Shown piece after piece: positions 39,965-54,500 of a stretch of DNA of 64,000 nt. Numbering within the stretch: position 1 is the first letter of the stretch; every line of letters begins with the position of its first letter. The DNA is from Veleropilina oligotropha (lineage: Eukaryota), in NCBI GenBank assembly GCA_048128005.1, contig JBEUKZ010000058.1, forward strand, positions 1 through 64,000. Reading direction: 5' to 3'. Made by a program: the position numbers and the translations under genes. Under the pieces are notes generated by a model. It saw only the letters and a list, made by a program, of their open reading frames with translations. It searched no databases and was not told the DNA's origin.

Positions 39965-41560
39965 TAGTATTACTATACATGGAGTGCGTACCTACATAAT
40001 TAAAAAAGTAATGTTCAATTTAGGAATCTAGGATACACAAACTCCAAGCAATCAAAATTTATGTCACTCGAAGTCTCCATGATATATAGGCCCTATAGAT
40101 AGATGTGATTTCAAAAGCAGACACATGCCATTAAAAATGCTAGAGATACATATGGATAAAAGGAAGGACAGGTATTATACTTGAATCTGGTAGGCTAGTC
40201 TACACATTTTCTGTAACTTGTAGAGATATAATACATTTAATTTATTAATTTAACGCAAAACATCGTAATATGATGTAAGGTCCACTGGAAAAAGCAGGTG
40301 GCATACAACACGTGTCTATAGTCAACTTGATCCACCGTGTCTCACATGTCCTCTGCGCACACAAATGACGTTGAATATAAAATGGCCGCCCACATGGAAT
40401 TTTCAACATGCTCATACGATATATAATACAAGATCGTCATATTTATCTAGCAGAATTTGCGTTACCATCACTTTCATGTGTTTTTGTAGATCAAAAACAA
40501 AATGTCTGCAGTCAGGAAAAAATACATTTGGGGTAGTAAAACCGACCTTTTCTCAAAATATTGAAGATCTCCCGTGTATATACAGTGATGATATTATCAG
40601 AGGATACATGTCTATATATAATACTAACGGGCAGTACACCCGTTTACAAACGGGTGATATCGATGAAATCCCCCTCCCCTCACACATGTTTGCTCCCCGC
40701 CCCTCATATCACCCCCTCTCCCAGTTTCTTCCGCCAATTCCCATCCCCCCTCACACCTGCCCGCATTCCATCCATCCCAAGACTCTCGCAATCAGCTCAC
40801 GCTATCTCTCTATTTATATATATAACAGTTAACTTGGACAATTCGATCGGGCGCAGAAGTCGGAAGTGTCAAACAGACACGCACGCAAACAAACAGAATT
40901 ACTACTTTATATATATATATATATATATAAATATATGTAAATAGCAATGACGTCATTACGATGACGCTTTAGATTAATCGTCATTGAGTGATGTCACAAT
41001 CGACGGCGTGGTAAAGTCTTGTAGTAAACTTCGCCATTGTAACGTTATAGCTGTTTTGAAAATTTGACGGAAATAAAGAAAAGTCAAGACATATTCCGAA
41101 CGCGTCGTTCTTGTTTTAGTATGTTGACATCGTTCAAGCTCAAGATTGACTCGAGGTCCACTTTCAGGAACTCTGTTGGTGACAATTCACGCTCTGGTAT
41201 ATTTTGAACGTGCTGGTCAAAACTTAACACATGCATGCACTGGCAGACGACGTGTTTCGGATGACCTTATAACCGAGTTAATGCTTTCTGCCCGCCAAAA
41301 TGTGTTGTCGTTCGGATAGTAAAATATGTACTCTTATATTCTCTTGTACTCTTATATATAAAAATGTACTCTTATATTCGAATATTTAAGGGCATGCCCC
41401 TAAATTCGCGATAATACGGTATGTACCTAATAGGCTATACATATATTGAGATTTGCAATTGATATTACAGAGATTCGAAGTGTTTACTCTTTTCATTTTC
41501 CTCAATTTATTTATTCAGTTGCTGTTTATTGTAAATAAATCATTTTGTTTGATTCAATTA

Positions 41561-43093
41561 CTTATTATGTCCCCATCCGAAGGATGGGAGAGACATATTG
41601 TTTTACACTCCGTTCTCCTTCTCTTTCTCCTCCTTCTTCCTCACTTTTCTTGTCCGGACAAGATCTCAGGTCCAATACGTGCCAGCATTATTGGTGCTCT
41701 TTCGGTACTTCCCCACAGATCCGGCTTTTATACATATTTAAGGAGCTCCGGCTTTTATTCGTCTTAAATTTTCACACTCCGCGTATTATCTGCTTGTTAA
41801 TTTCTACTAAAGGCAAATGCAGCTTGCGATAAGATACACGTGATTGGTACGTAGTTGTATTGGCTTTACAAACGTATATACAACGGACCGCCCCGTTAGC
41901 CTGGACTGACCGAGGTACACCTGTTGCTAGTCCCCATGGATTTAGTATTAACGACGCGGAGATGAAAAACCGGATTTCAAAAGTTGAGTAAAAGCCGGAG
42001 CTGTGGGGAAGTACCGAAAGAGCGCCGCATTATTTTCCTTTGGTAAATTAAACCGTCCAAGCATGCCATTGTGCTTTTCGACAAAATGTCACGAAAACGA
42101 CTTTCGACCTTTGACCCCGAAATCGTGTCCGGCCTGGTTTTTGGAAACTTCAAATCTTATTCTTCTAATTTCTTTGTAGATGCATGGCCCACACCCCAAG
42201 CATGTGCAGGGCGCTAAAATTTTGCCGAAAGAGCGCCAAATTTATTCCTGAGGGCGAGTACATTATATAACAATGTTCAATTTTGTTGTTCGGTCAAGGT
42301 CACAGAGGTCAAAATGTACTTTCTCTAAAACACACCTTGTCCGGGCTAGATCTCAGGTCCTATACATGCCAGCCTGGTTTCCTTTGGTATGTTAAACCGC
42401 CCTATCATGCCATTGTGCTTTTTGGCAAAATTTCGCAAAAACGACTTTCGACCTTGACGTAATGACCTTTGACAACCGAAATCGTGTCCGGCCTGGTTCT
42501 CGGAGACGTCAAATTTTAGACTTCAAGCATGTGCAGGGCTCTAAAATTTTGTACTTTTGACCTTGATAAACAATTTCCCATATTTGGGCATTTTTATATT
42601 TTGTTTTCTTAATTTTTTTCCACCAAATTTATTTCTGAGGGTTAATACATTATATAACAATGTTCAATTTTGTTGTTCGGTCAAAGGTCAAGGTCACAGA
42701 GGTCAAAATGTACTTTACTGATACACCTTGTCCGCCGTTCCATATGTCCGGGCTAGATATCGGGTCCTATACATGCCAGCATGATTTCCTGTGATATGCG
42801 ATCTTCCCTTAACGTGCCATTGTGCAAGGAGGCGTAATTTTCCGAAAATGACCTTTGACCTTGCCGTAATCATGACCTTTGACCTACTAAAATTCTTGTC
42901 ATTTTCTTAGGTTCCCATGCATTGAACGTGAAGGGTGTAAATATTCAGGACATTTGCATAAATCCATCCATTTCGTCAAATATATTTACACTATCCCAGT
43001 TCGTGACTTTCCAAACTTCATGAGGGTCTCAATATGGAGTGATTTGTCTTACATGGGGAGACATATTCACACAAAACAACAACTCCTCTAGTT
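41561..43093 (+). mobile_element. HINE-like element
   Basis: TTATTATGTCCCC head with CCATCCGAAGGATGG hairpin, CTT microsatellite, internal repeats containing GACCTTTGACC, subterminal GGGGAGACATA and CTAGTT end. Confidence 0.6.
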
Positions 43094-43379
43094 GTTCATG
43101 ATTTACACCACGACATGAAACCTTTATCTTCCGTAAAAACGGAAAAGAACGAACAAAAAACTATGCTGGCAGACGTCATCGAGAACCATTCGGTGCATTT
43201 CGTAGTTTTACGGTAAAATGAAGTGTTCTTCTGATTCGCCAGTCACTTTTTTGACGTACGTCCGGTGTTTTCAATCCACTTTTCCGATATAAAAGGCAAA
43301 AATTTGCCATAATTGCGCGTTATCGTTTCCGCTCATATCGCTTTGTACAGTGTTACTATTTTTAGACTTCATACTCGCG

Positions 43380-43760
43380 ATGTCTGGTCGAGGCAAGGGA
43401 GGTAAGGTGAAGTCGAAGAGCAAAACTCGTTCAAGCCGCGCCGGTCTTCAGTTTCCTGTTGGAAGGATTCACCGACTACTTCGCAAAGGGAACTATGCAG
43501 AACGCGTCGGCGCAGGAGCCCCCGTGTATCTGGCCGCCGTGATGGAATATCTGGCCGCAGAAGTCTTAGAGCTTGCCGGGAATGCGGCGCGAGACAACAA
43601 AAAATCCCGAATCATTCCTCGCCATCTGCAATTAGCAATTCGCAACGACGAAGAACTGAACAAACTGCTGTCTGGCGTCACTATCGCACAAGGTGGCGTC
43701 TTGCCGAACATTCAAGCAGTGTTGCTTCCGAAGAAGTCGTCAAAAGCGGCCGCGAAATGA
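43380..43760 (+). CDS. H2A: Histone H2A (intronless, 126 aa)
   Basis: MSGRGKGGK...[36 protein letters not shown]...[22 protein letters not shown]-like GATATAAAA at ~43286; AATAAA at 43793. Confidence 0.98.
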   Translation: MSGRGKGGKVKSKSKTRSSRAGLQFPVGRIHRLLRKGNYAERVGAGAPVYLAAVMEYLAAEVLELAGNAARDNKKSRIIPRHLQLAIRNDEELNKLLSGVTIAQGGVLPNIQAVLLPKKSSKAAAK

Positions 43761-44739
43761 GCATGACACGCGGACTGACGGTCACCATTTGCAATAAACA
43801 CGAACACCTGCTTTCCTCGTGCTATTTATTTTGAACAATATCGCTGGAATATTATTTATAACTGCTGGAATCATGTCGTTTTAATTTCATTTGTGTACAT
43901 TTCCTTTCATTTGCATATAATTATGAATAATCAGCTAGTTTATTTTGAATACGGTAATCCGTAACGAATACCTCCGTAACTTGCATGACGTTATAAGTTA
44001 TTAATATGCTTAGCTGAACAGGTAAGGCAGAAAACTTCTAGCATCAGACGATAAGAAGCTTTAATTAGGGCTGCCCCGGTAGTCGTGTGGCACAGTGTCG
44101 ACTCGGAAACCACTGACTCGATTGCAGTAACTAACAGGAGTAGGTTAGAATCTTGGCTGGGTCTTTGTGCAGTTATCAATCACAGTTGTCCGTAACTGAA
44201 CCTGAACCGGATATGAAGCATGGATCCCTCTATGGAACTTGATCCTGTTCGCATTCCGTGCATGTGATATGTACAAAGCTCACAGGCTATAGTTCATATC
44301 AAACTCGCTGCTGCAGGATAAATGAAATATTTAATCTCTTTGTTCATATTATCATAGGATATTCTATGAATGAAGTGTGTAAAATACTAGTATAGTACAA
44401 CTACCAAGGAAGACATGATCCTGGGTTAGATATGCTTATTACCGCCGGTGTCGTGCCTGCGCTGCACTAACAAACGGTTCACCCGGGTTAGAACTTAGAT
44501 ACTTGTGCCAAAAGACTAGCCACAATGCTTAACATTTAATAGCGAGGAACTACTTGGACAGTTACTGTGATCTGCATTTGAGTTAATTTCTTTTTCCGGT
44601 AATGTGCCGGGCTCAATGTTGAGCATAATCGCACATGGTTAAAATCATGTTGTGGCGAAGCTCGCATCGAATAAAAACAAGGGCTGCCTATGGTTGAAAC
44701 ATTCCGATCCTGGACTTGAATAATTCCAGGGTGTCTGCA

Positions 44740-44900
44740 TCCACGATACTGGCTGGTAGTTGGTTCCACATCCGAATACCAGCAGGGAAGAAGGAATCCT
44801 GGTATGATTCTATACCACAGGAAGGCTGGCGGTGTGTCCTCTTGTTCTTGTTGAATGCTCTCGGGCTGAAGCTCCTCTAGCTTTGTACTTTGATCATTTT
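44740..44900 (-). mobile_element. LINE 3' ORF remnant
   Basis: The minus strand encodes TRTRGH and SFFPAGIRMWNQLP-like sequence, typical of the end of CR1/L2-group ORF2. Confidence 0.45.
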
Positions 44901-45407
44901 AACAGAACTTCATATCAGTGGTTGGAGGCTACACACTACTAAGCCAAATATTAAGCAGAATAAATGTGTTAAATCCAGTAATGATAGCTGAAATCATCCG
45001 ACCTGATACAAACGGTCGTTAAAATATATTATTCTGAAGCACTGCAAACTACATGTCAATGATGGTGATTGCCTTGTTGGACAGATTCCGTGTTTATTAT
45101 GCTGTGCAATTATGGCATTTAATTTTCAATTTAATTGTGCTCAGTAAAGTTGGACTGAAATATTGTGGCTGCATGTGTGCAACGAAGTTCGTGTGAATCG
45201 TGTAAAAATCAATCAAGGAGGATATGTATGGGATAAACTACTCGATAGTGTTGAATAGTTCAGAGAATACACGACTTGTCGAGGGCTGTGCGGCCCGAGA
45301 CGAGTGTTTTCTCCGAACTATTCAACGCTATCGAGTAGTTTGTCACTTAAAACATTTCGCCGTTGAACAATAGCCTCATTCCCCACCAGGTACCTCTATT
45401 GTAGTTA

Positions 45408-46021
45408 ACTAGCAATGGTACCCGTCTCCGCCGGGTAAGTCCCCCCACCCCACTTTTTTTTTTTTTTTTTTTGGATAGTGCTCCCTTAATTTTTTTTTTT
45501 TTTTCCCGAATTTTCCGAATTTTTTTCGTGGTAAACCTTCCTTGGGGGACCCCGATTAACCCCCCAAAGTTTGAAGGTCCTAGGTCAAAGCGTCTGGGAG
45601 GAGTTCAACTTGAAACAGACACACACACATAAAATTATAGCTCCATTATATGAAGATATATAGTAAATTTTTTTTTGTTTCCCGAATTTTCCGAATTTTT
45701 TTCGTGGTAAACCTTCCTTGGGGGACCCCGATTAACCCCCCAAAGTTTGAAGGTCCTAGGTCAAAGCGTCTGGGAGGAGTTCAACTTGAAACAGACACAC
45801 ACACATAAAATTATAGCTCCATTATATGAAGATATATAGTAAATTTTTTTTTGTTTCCCGAATTTTCCGAATTTTTTTCGTGGTAAACCTTCCTTGGGGG
45901 ACCCCGATTAACCCCCCAAAGTTTGAAGGTCCTAGGTCAAAGCGTCTGGGAGGAGTTCAACTTGAAACAGACAGACAGACAGACACGCCCGCATACAATT
46001 ATAGCTCCATTATATTAAGAT
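45408..46021. mobile_element. Helitron-like repeat with triplicated ~177-bp segment
   Basis: Same family as 39690-39964; segment TTTCCCGAATTTTCCG...CTCCATTATAT repeated three times. Confidence 0.6.
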
Positions 46022-46462
46022 TGGAGTGCATTAGTTGAATGAAAGTCTTAATTGCCGTGTATTAGATGAATGCCTTTAAACTATTCAACAGCTGGGCTAA
46101 CAAAGCTTTGTTCTTCGATTGAATAGGCAGAATAAACAATGGATGACGTCACAGAAATGTTTTAAAAAATATCTAGCAATTGCACCGGTGACTTATTCAC
46201 TTAGTCACCACTGCTGAGCGCGTGTCGTCATGGAGATCAACACCACTGCTGAGCGCGTGTCGTCATGGAGATCAAATCCATCATTTTACACATTCATAAC
46301 AGCTGGACCAAGAAAGCCAATTATATTTTAAATTAAAAATTTGATTTAATTTTTTGAGTTAACATTAAAAAAATATTGTAGATGAGGGTGCCCTGGTCTA
46401 TCATCTCTAGAATCTGATGCGGTGTGCTTTGGTGCTGTATGATATCTGAAAACAATATCTGT

Positions 46463-47290
46463 CCCTGTGGTCCAGCATCATGAAAACTCCGACTCGCCCT
46501 TCTGTGGTCCAGCATCATGACAACTCTGACTCGCCCCTCTGTGGTCCAGCATCGTGACAACTCCGACTCGCCCGTCTGTGGTCCAGCATCATGACAACTC
46601 GGACTCGCCCCTCTGTGGTCCAGCATCATGACAACTCTGACTCGCCCCTCTGTGGTCCAGCATCATGACAACTTTGACTCGCCCCTCTGTGGTCCAGCAT
46701 CATGACAACTCTGACTCACCCCTCTGTGGTCCAGCATCATGACAACTCCGACTCACCCCTCTGTGGTCCAGCATCGTGACAACTCTGACTCACCCCTCTG
46801 TGGTCCAGCATCATGACAACTCTGACTCGCCCCTCTGTGGTCCAGCATCATGACCACTCAGACTTGCCCTTCTGTGGTCCTGCATCATGACAACTCTGAC
46901 TCGCCCCTCTGTGGTCCAGCATCATGACAACTCTGAGTCACCCCTCTGTGGTCCAGCATCATGACAACTCTGACTCACCCCTCTGTGGTCCAGCATCATG
47001 ACAACTCAGACTCGCCCCTCTGTGGTCCAGCATCATGACAACTCTGACCCACTCCTCTGTGGTCCAGCATCATGACAACTCCGACTCACCCCTCTGTGGT
47101 CCAGCATCGTGACAACTCTGACTCACCCCTCTGTGGTCCAGCATCATGACAACTCTGACTCGCCCCTCTGTGGTCCAGCATCATGACCACTCAGACTTGC
47201 CCCTCTGTGGTCCTGCATCATGACAACTCTCAGTCAACTCTGACTCGCCCCTCTGTGGTCCAGCATCATGACAACTCTGACTCGCCCTTC
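46463..47290. repeat. 37-bp minisatellite
   Basis: Unit CCCCTCTGTGGTCCAGCATCATGACAACTCTGACTCG. Confidence 0.95.
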
Positions 47291-48552
47291 AATGCCTGAA
47301 TAGAAAATCCTTATATAATCCAACATACTGGAGGGTATGCTAAATGGTTGTGGACATTCATTCGTAAATTGCATGCCTTAATCATTTCTAGAGAACAATA
47401 ACTGATGAAGTCTGATTAAATAAAACAAGAACGACGCGTTCGGAATGTCTTGACTTTTCTTTATTTCCGTCAGATTTTCAGAACGGCTATAACGTTCCAA
47501 TGGCGACGTTTACTACAAGACTTTACCACCCCGTCGATTGTGACATCACTCAATGACGATTAATCTAAAGCGTCATCATATACAAATATGCATATTTTTG
47601 CAATATTGTGTCGCGAAAGTTATATACACGACCTACAAATACTCGTGGGAATGTGTGTACCAATTTTAGTAAAAATTGGACCGGTAGTTTTCTCATAATC
47701 CTGCAGATATATATGTATACACATGGATCATTTGATAATGTCTTGTCCTTTTTTACAAAAAGGTCCAGACATAACAAGCAGTGATCTTTAGTTCTTATAG
47801 ACCAAAGATGTAATTGTTAAAATGTGTTAAAGAACGCAAATCACTGAGGTCATATCCGGCACGTCAAACCACGTGATTTTTATGGCCAGAACAGCCGTGT
47901 ATGTTCAAAATCCAGGCTTTACTCCCACGATAATATGGACAACGAGACATAGCACACGCAAAAGCCCCAACAATCCTTGCAAACAGGCGTAGTGTAAGCA
48001 GGAACAATACATGCAGAGTATTATGTATATCATGACCTTTTATGCTTTATACGGAAGCACAAATTGCCAACATGAACAATACATGTGATGTAGGTTATTG
48101 TGTTTAAAAAGAATACATTACGACGTCAAATAAGGTGTATACTGCAGAGTAATTATTATGCATAAAGTGCCTGGTACATGCATAAAGACCTTCACAAAGA
48201 TATAAACAAATCAAACAGAAACAGTAAGAGGAATTATTTAATATGCATAATATACTAAATTGTGGGTAAAACAAACCAATAGTAAAAACAGGATGTTGAT
48301 GATACAAATGTATTTTATACAAATCTATACAAACAGAGCATTTGATAATGTCGAGAGGTAATAATAATCATTAAAAGGTTTCAGATGATAACTTGATAAA
48401 TACTGACAATAAATAACCGTATTTACGAGTATACAATATTAAAGATCAGACCTGTTGTTCTTGAGAAGATGATATATATACAGCTATTATGCATACTACT
48501 GCACCAAGAACTAATGCAGCACATTAATTACTGATGTCACCATTAAACGTAA

Positions 48553-51500
48553 TCATATATGGATGCCCTTCTTCTGAAATATGTCTCGTAGCCTCTCCTC
48601 CAGATGTGAGTTAATTCCTTTGAGCCCTTCCACTACTTGAGACGCCCACATGAAGTATTCCTGGACTCGAGATTCCGACCACCCAACCGGCGGTCCTCGC
48701 ATGAGATCTCTGAGATTGTAGAGTTTGTCTGCGAGTTTCACTAGCTTTGCTTGTCCGCTGCAATTTGGTGCATGCTCAATCTGTAGGCGCTTTCTCTCCA
48801 TCTTGGGTAAATTCTTGTCATCAGTGACCTCCGCTACGATACCTGTAAACAACGAAAGGTTAAACCATCAGAATTGAAGCAAACGACACAGTGTATTAGT
48901 CATCTGAGAAATTCCTGGATCGACTGTGTGCCCGCCCACCTTTCCTGACTAGTTGATGACATTCAAAATTTTTACTTCAACATACACTCTTCATAAGGAC
49001 ATGTACAATATTTTCAGTCTTAAATATAGGTTAACCAACGTGGAACTGAGCATTCGTGAAAAATAATGCACGAGGGCCGACAGGCCCGAGTGCATTATTT
49101 TTCACGAATGCTCAGTTCCAAGTTGGTTAACTTATTTAATCCATCTTAGCCAAAATAAACTGTGTTATGTGTTTAGACAATACTAGTCTATTAATATTAA
49201 ATTACATCGTCAAATTACTCAAATATATACATTTGACGTGAATAGGATATGATGTTTATCTCCGTAATCCCCTGTCGGACATCGGTCTAATTAAATAGAA
49301 TCATCTTTATGAATAGACGTTTAATGTGCTCGTTAAGTGCAATTATACCGGCATGCAGGGCGAAATATTTTTGCGTCACGATGATGTACATTTCAAAGCA
49401 CGCTACACTTGGCTTCAGATGTTTGACCAGAGCACACGTGGGATTTACCTCTGCAGAGAGCATCAGGTATAGTATAATATTGCAAATATATGTTGTATTT
49501 TAACGACATTTCTGTGATATAATATTTAAATAGCTCTCGGTGTTCGTTTCAAAGTAAAGCAATGGAACATCGTTCATATGAACAACAGCATTATATGGAG
49601 TATTGCCAGATTCTTCTGAACGTTAAACGTGTATTACATTTTCTTCATTTGGGTAACGAATTTAATGTGCTTGAAGTTTGTTGTCAGTGCAAAAGTGTTG
49701 TCTACGCGTTAAAATAATTAATATTTTCTTTTCAGTGTCCACGTGTACTAGAATGGACTCGTCCGCAGATAAATCTACCTCTTTGGATTATATACTGCGT
49801 TAAACATGCTTTCCTCATTTTCTGGAATGGAATCGTCCATAGCATGGAATTAATGCACATAACGCTTGTTTAATTGGTCTTTTAAGCAGACACAATGATT
49901 TTGTAGCAGTGGATTCGTGTAGAATAATCAACAGTTATAACAAAAGAAAACTAGGTCAAAATGGATTAATTAAAGTTAACGAACGTGGTAAATGTCTTCT
50001 ATTATTTTAAGCGGTAAAATGACCTGCCAGCTGGGCTCAAACTCTGGCGGAGGAGGAATTATGCTTAATGTCCTGTATGTTTATAACATCGAGGTTCAAG
50101 GCAGGACATGTCCGTGTTATCGCGGGAGGAAACCCCGGTCGCCGGGTAAACCCGCCCTCTTCGGCCAGTCACGGAAAACTGTGCTTCATACCTTGAACGA
50201 ATGTGTGCTGCCTCAGCCGGGGGTCGATCCCACTACTGTTCGCATCAGCGGAAACAAGCCAGTGAATTTAGACTGGACACTCTACCCACTGCGCTACCGA
50301 AGTGGTCGACAAACTCTGGCAAACCAACATCCTCGGTTGAGTGTCTGAGAGTAGACCACTCGCCCAGGAAGTGAAAAGTCTTCAAGGAACTCTGTGCTAA
50401 TCGATCAATATTCAATACCTGTATTTTCTAATCCCAAACAATTTTAATACATCTAAACTTACCCGCCACGTATTCACCAAACTCCTGACGGATTTCCTCT
50501 ATGGTCGTGTCTGTATCTTCAACTGTATCGTGTAGCAGAGCAGCCTGGGAACACAAGAGCGGATGGATTAACACACAAAGAGTTCTACATGATAGCCTGG
50601 GAACACAGGAATGGATGGATTAACACACAAGAGTTCTACATGACAGCCTGGGAACACAGGAGTTGATGGATTAACACACAAGAGATCTACATGACAGTCT
50701 GGAAACACAGGAAAGGATGGATTAACACACAAGAGTTCTACATGACAGCCTGTGAACACATGAGTGGATGGATTAACACACAAGAGTTCTACATGACAGC
50801 ATGGGAACACGAGTGGATGGATTAACACACAAGAGTTCTACATGACAGCCTGGGAACACATGAGTGGATGGATTAACACACAAGAGTTCTACATGACAGC
50901 CTGGGAACACATGAGTGGATGGGTTAACACACAAGAGTTCTACATGACAGCCCGGGAACACATGAGTGGATGGATTAGATTAACACACAAGAGTTCTACA
51001 TGACAGCCTGGGAACACAGGAGTGGATGGATTAACACACAAGAGTTCTACATGACAGCATGGGAACACAGGAGTTGATGGATTAACACACAAGAGTTCTA
51101 CATGACAGCCTGGGAACACATGAGTGGATGGATTAGATTAACACACAAGAGTTCTACATGACAGCCTGGGAACACATGAGTGGATGGATTAGATTAACAC
51201 ACAAGAGTTCTACATGACAGCCTGGGAACACATGAGTGGATGGATTAACACACAAGAGTTCTACATGACAGCCTGGGAACACGAGTGGATAGATTAACAC
51301 AAGAGTTCTACATGACAGCCCGGGAACACATGAGTGGGTGGATTAGATTAACACACAAGAGTTCTACATGATAGCCTGGGAACACAGGAATGGATGGATT
51401 AACACACAAGAGTTCTACATGACAGCCTGGGAACACAGGAGTTGATGGATTAACACACAAGAGATCTACATGACAGTCTGGAAACACAGGAAAGGATGGA

Positions 51501-54500
51501 TTAACACACAAGAGTTCTACATGACAGCCTGTGAACACATGAGTGGATGGATTAACACACAAGAGTTCTACATGACAGCATGGGAACACGAGTGGATGGA
51601 TTAACACACAAGAGTTCTACATGACAGCCTGGGAACACATGAGTGGATGGATTAACACACAAGAGTTCTACATGACAGCCTGGGAACACATGAGTGGATG
51701 GGTTAACACACAAGAGTTCTACATGACAGCCCGGGAACACATGAGTGGATGGATTAGATTAACACACAAGAGTTCTACATGACAGCCTGGGAACACAGGA
51801 GTGGATGGATTAACACACAAGAGTTCTACATGACAGCATGGGAACACAGGAGTTGATGGATTAACACACAAGAGTTCTACATGACAGCCTGGGAACACAT
51901 GAGTGGATGGATTAGATTAACACACAAGAGTTCTACATGACAGCCTGGGAACACATGAGTGGATGGATTAACACACAAGAGTTCTACATGACAGCCTGGG
52001 AACACATGAGTGGATGGATTAGATTAACACACAAGAGTTCTACATGACAGCCTGGGAACACATGAGTGGATGGATTAACACACAAGAGTTCTACATGACA
52101 GCCTGGGAACACGAGTGGATAGATTAACACAAGAGTTCTACATGACAGCCCGGGAACACATGAGTGGGTGGATTAGATTAACACACAAGAGTTCTACATG
52201 ACAGCCTGGGAACACAGGAGTTGATGGATTAACACACAAGAGTTCTACATGACAGCCTGGGAACACATGAGTGGATGGATTAGATTAACACACAAGAGTT
52301 CTACATGACAGCCTGGGAACACAGGAGTGGATGGATTAACACACAAGAGTGCTACATGACAGCATGGGAACACAGGAGTTGATGGATTAACACACAAGAG
52401 TTCTACATGACAGCCTGGGAACACATGAGTGGATGGATTAGATTAACACACAAGAGTTCTACATGACAGCCTGGGAACACATGAGTGGATGGATTAACAC
52501 ACAAGAGTTCTACATGACAGCCTGGGAACACATGAGTGGATGGATTAACACACAAGAGTTCTACATGACAGCCTGGGAACACATGAGTGGATGGATTAAC
52601 ACACAAGAGTTCTACATGACAGCCTGGGAACACATGAGTGGATGGATTAGATTAACACACAAGAGTTCTACATGACAGCCTGGGAACACATGAGTGGATG
52701 GATTAACACACAAGAGTTCTACATGACAGCCTGGGAACACATGAGTGGATGGATTAACACACAAGAGTTCTACATGACAGCCCGGGAACACATGAGTGGA
52801 TGGATTAACACACAAGAGTTCTACATGACAGCCTGGGAACACATGAGTGGATGGATTAACACACATGAGTTCTACATGACAGCCTGGGAACACATGAGTG
52901 GATGGATTAACACACAAGAATTCTACATGACAGCCTGGGAACACAGGAGTGGATGGATTAACACACATGAGTTCTACATGACAGTCTGGGAACACAGGAG
53001 TTGATGGATTAACACACAAGAGTTCTACATGACAGTCTGGGAACACAGGAGTTGATGGATTAATACACAAGAGTTCTACATGACAGTCTGGGAACACATG
53101 AGTGGATGGATTAACACACAAGAGTTCTACATGACAGCCCGGGAACACAGGAGTGAATGAATGAACACACAAGAGTTCTACATGATATCCTGGGAACACA
53201 GGAGTCGATGGAATAACACACAAGAGTTCTACATGACAGTCTGGGAACACATGAGTGGATGGATTAACACACAAGAGTTCTACATGACAGTCTGGGAACA
53301 CATGAGTGGATGGATTAACACACAAGAGTTCTACATGACAGTCTGGGCACACAGGAGTTGATGGATTAACACACAAGAGTTCTACATGACAGTCTGGGAA
53401 CACATGAGTGGATGGATTAACACACAAGAGTTCTACATGACAGCCCGGGAACACAGGAGTTGATGGATTAACACACAAGAGTTCTACATGACAGCCTGGG
53501 AACACAGGAATGGATGGATTAACACACAAGAGTTCTACATGACAGCCCGGGAACACAGGAGTGAATGAATGAACACACAAGAGTTCTACATGATATCCCG
53601 GGAACACATGAGTGGATGGATTAACACACAAGAGTTCTACATGATATCCTGGGAACACAGGAGTGAATGAATGAACACACAAGAGTTCTACATGATATCC
53701 CGGGAACACATGAGTGGATGGATTAACACACAAGAGTTCTACATGACATCCTGGCAACACAGGAGTGAATGGATTAACACACAAGAGTTCTACATGATAT
53801 CCTGGGAACACAGGAGTGGATGGATTAACACACAAGAGTTCTACATGACAGACTAGGAACACACAGTTGATGGATTAACACACAAGAGTTCTACATGACA
53901 GCCTGGGAACACATGAGTGGATGGATTAACACACAAGAGATCTACATGATATCCTGGGAACACAGGAGTGGATGGATTAACACACAAGAGTTCTACATGA
54001 CAGCCTGGGAACACAGTAGTGGATGGATTAACACACAAGAGTTCTACATGACATCCTGGGAACACAGGAGTGGATGGATTAACACACAAGAGTTCTACAT
54101 GATATCCTGGGAACACAGGAGTTGATGGATTAACACACAAGAGTTCTACATGACAGCCTGGGAACACAGGAGTTGATGGATTAACACACAAGAGTTATAC
54201 ATGACAGACTGGGAACACACAGTTGATGGATTAACACACAAGAGTTCTACATGACAGCCTGGGAACACATGACTTGATGGATTAACACAAAAGAGTTCTA
54301 CATGACAGACTGGGAACACACAGTTGATGTATTAACACACAAGAGTTCTACATGACAGCCTGGGAACACATGAGTGGATGGATTAACACACAAGAGTTCT
54401 ACATGACAGCCTGGGAACACATGAGTTGATGGATTAACACACAAGAGTTCTACATGATATCCTGGGAACACAGGAGTTGATGGATTAACACACAAGAGTT

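Noticed and set aside
43380..43760. H2A.X or H2A.Z identity
   Set aside because: No C-terminal SQ(E/D)Y motif, and the core sequence is canonical H2A rather than H2A.Z.
40960..47577. ~158-bp inverted repeats (40960-41118 and 47421-47577) bracketing H2A as a Pack-type transposon
   Set aside because: No TSD is seen, and the CTTGTT-type ends point inward; more simply two independent copies of an interspersed repeat.
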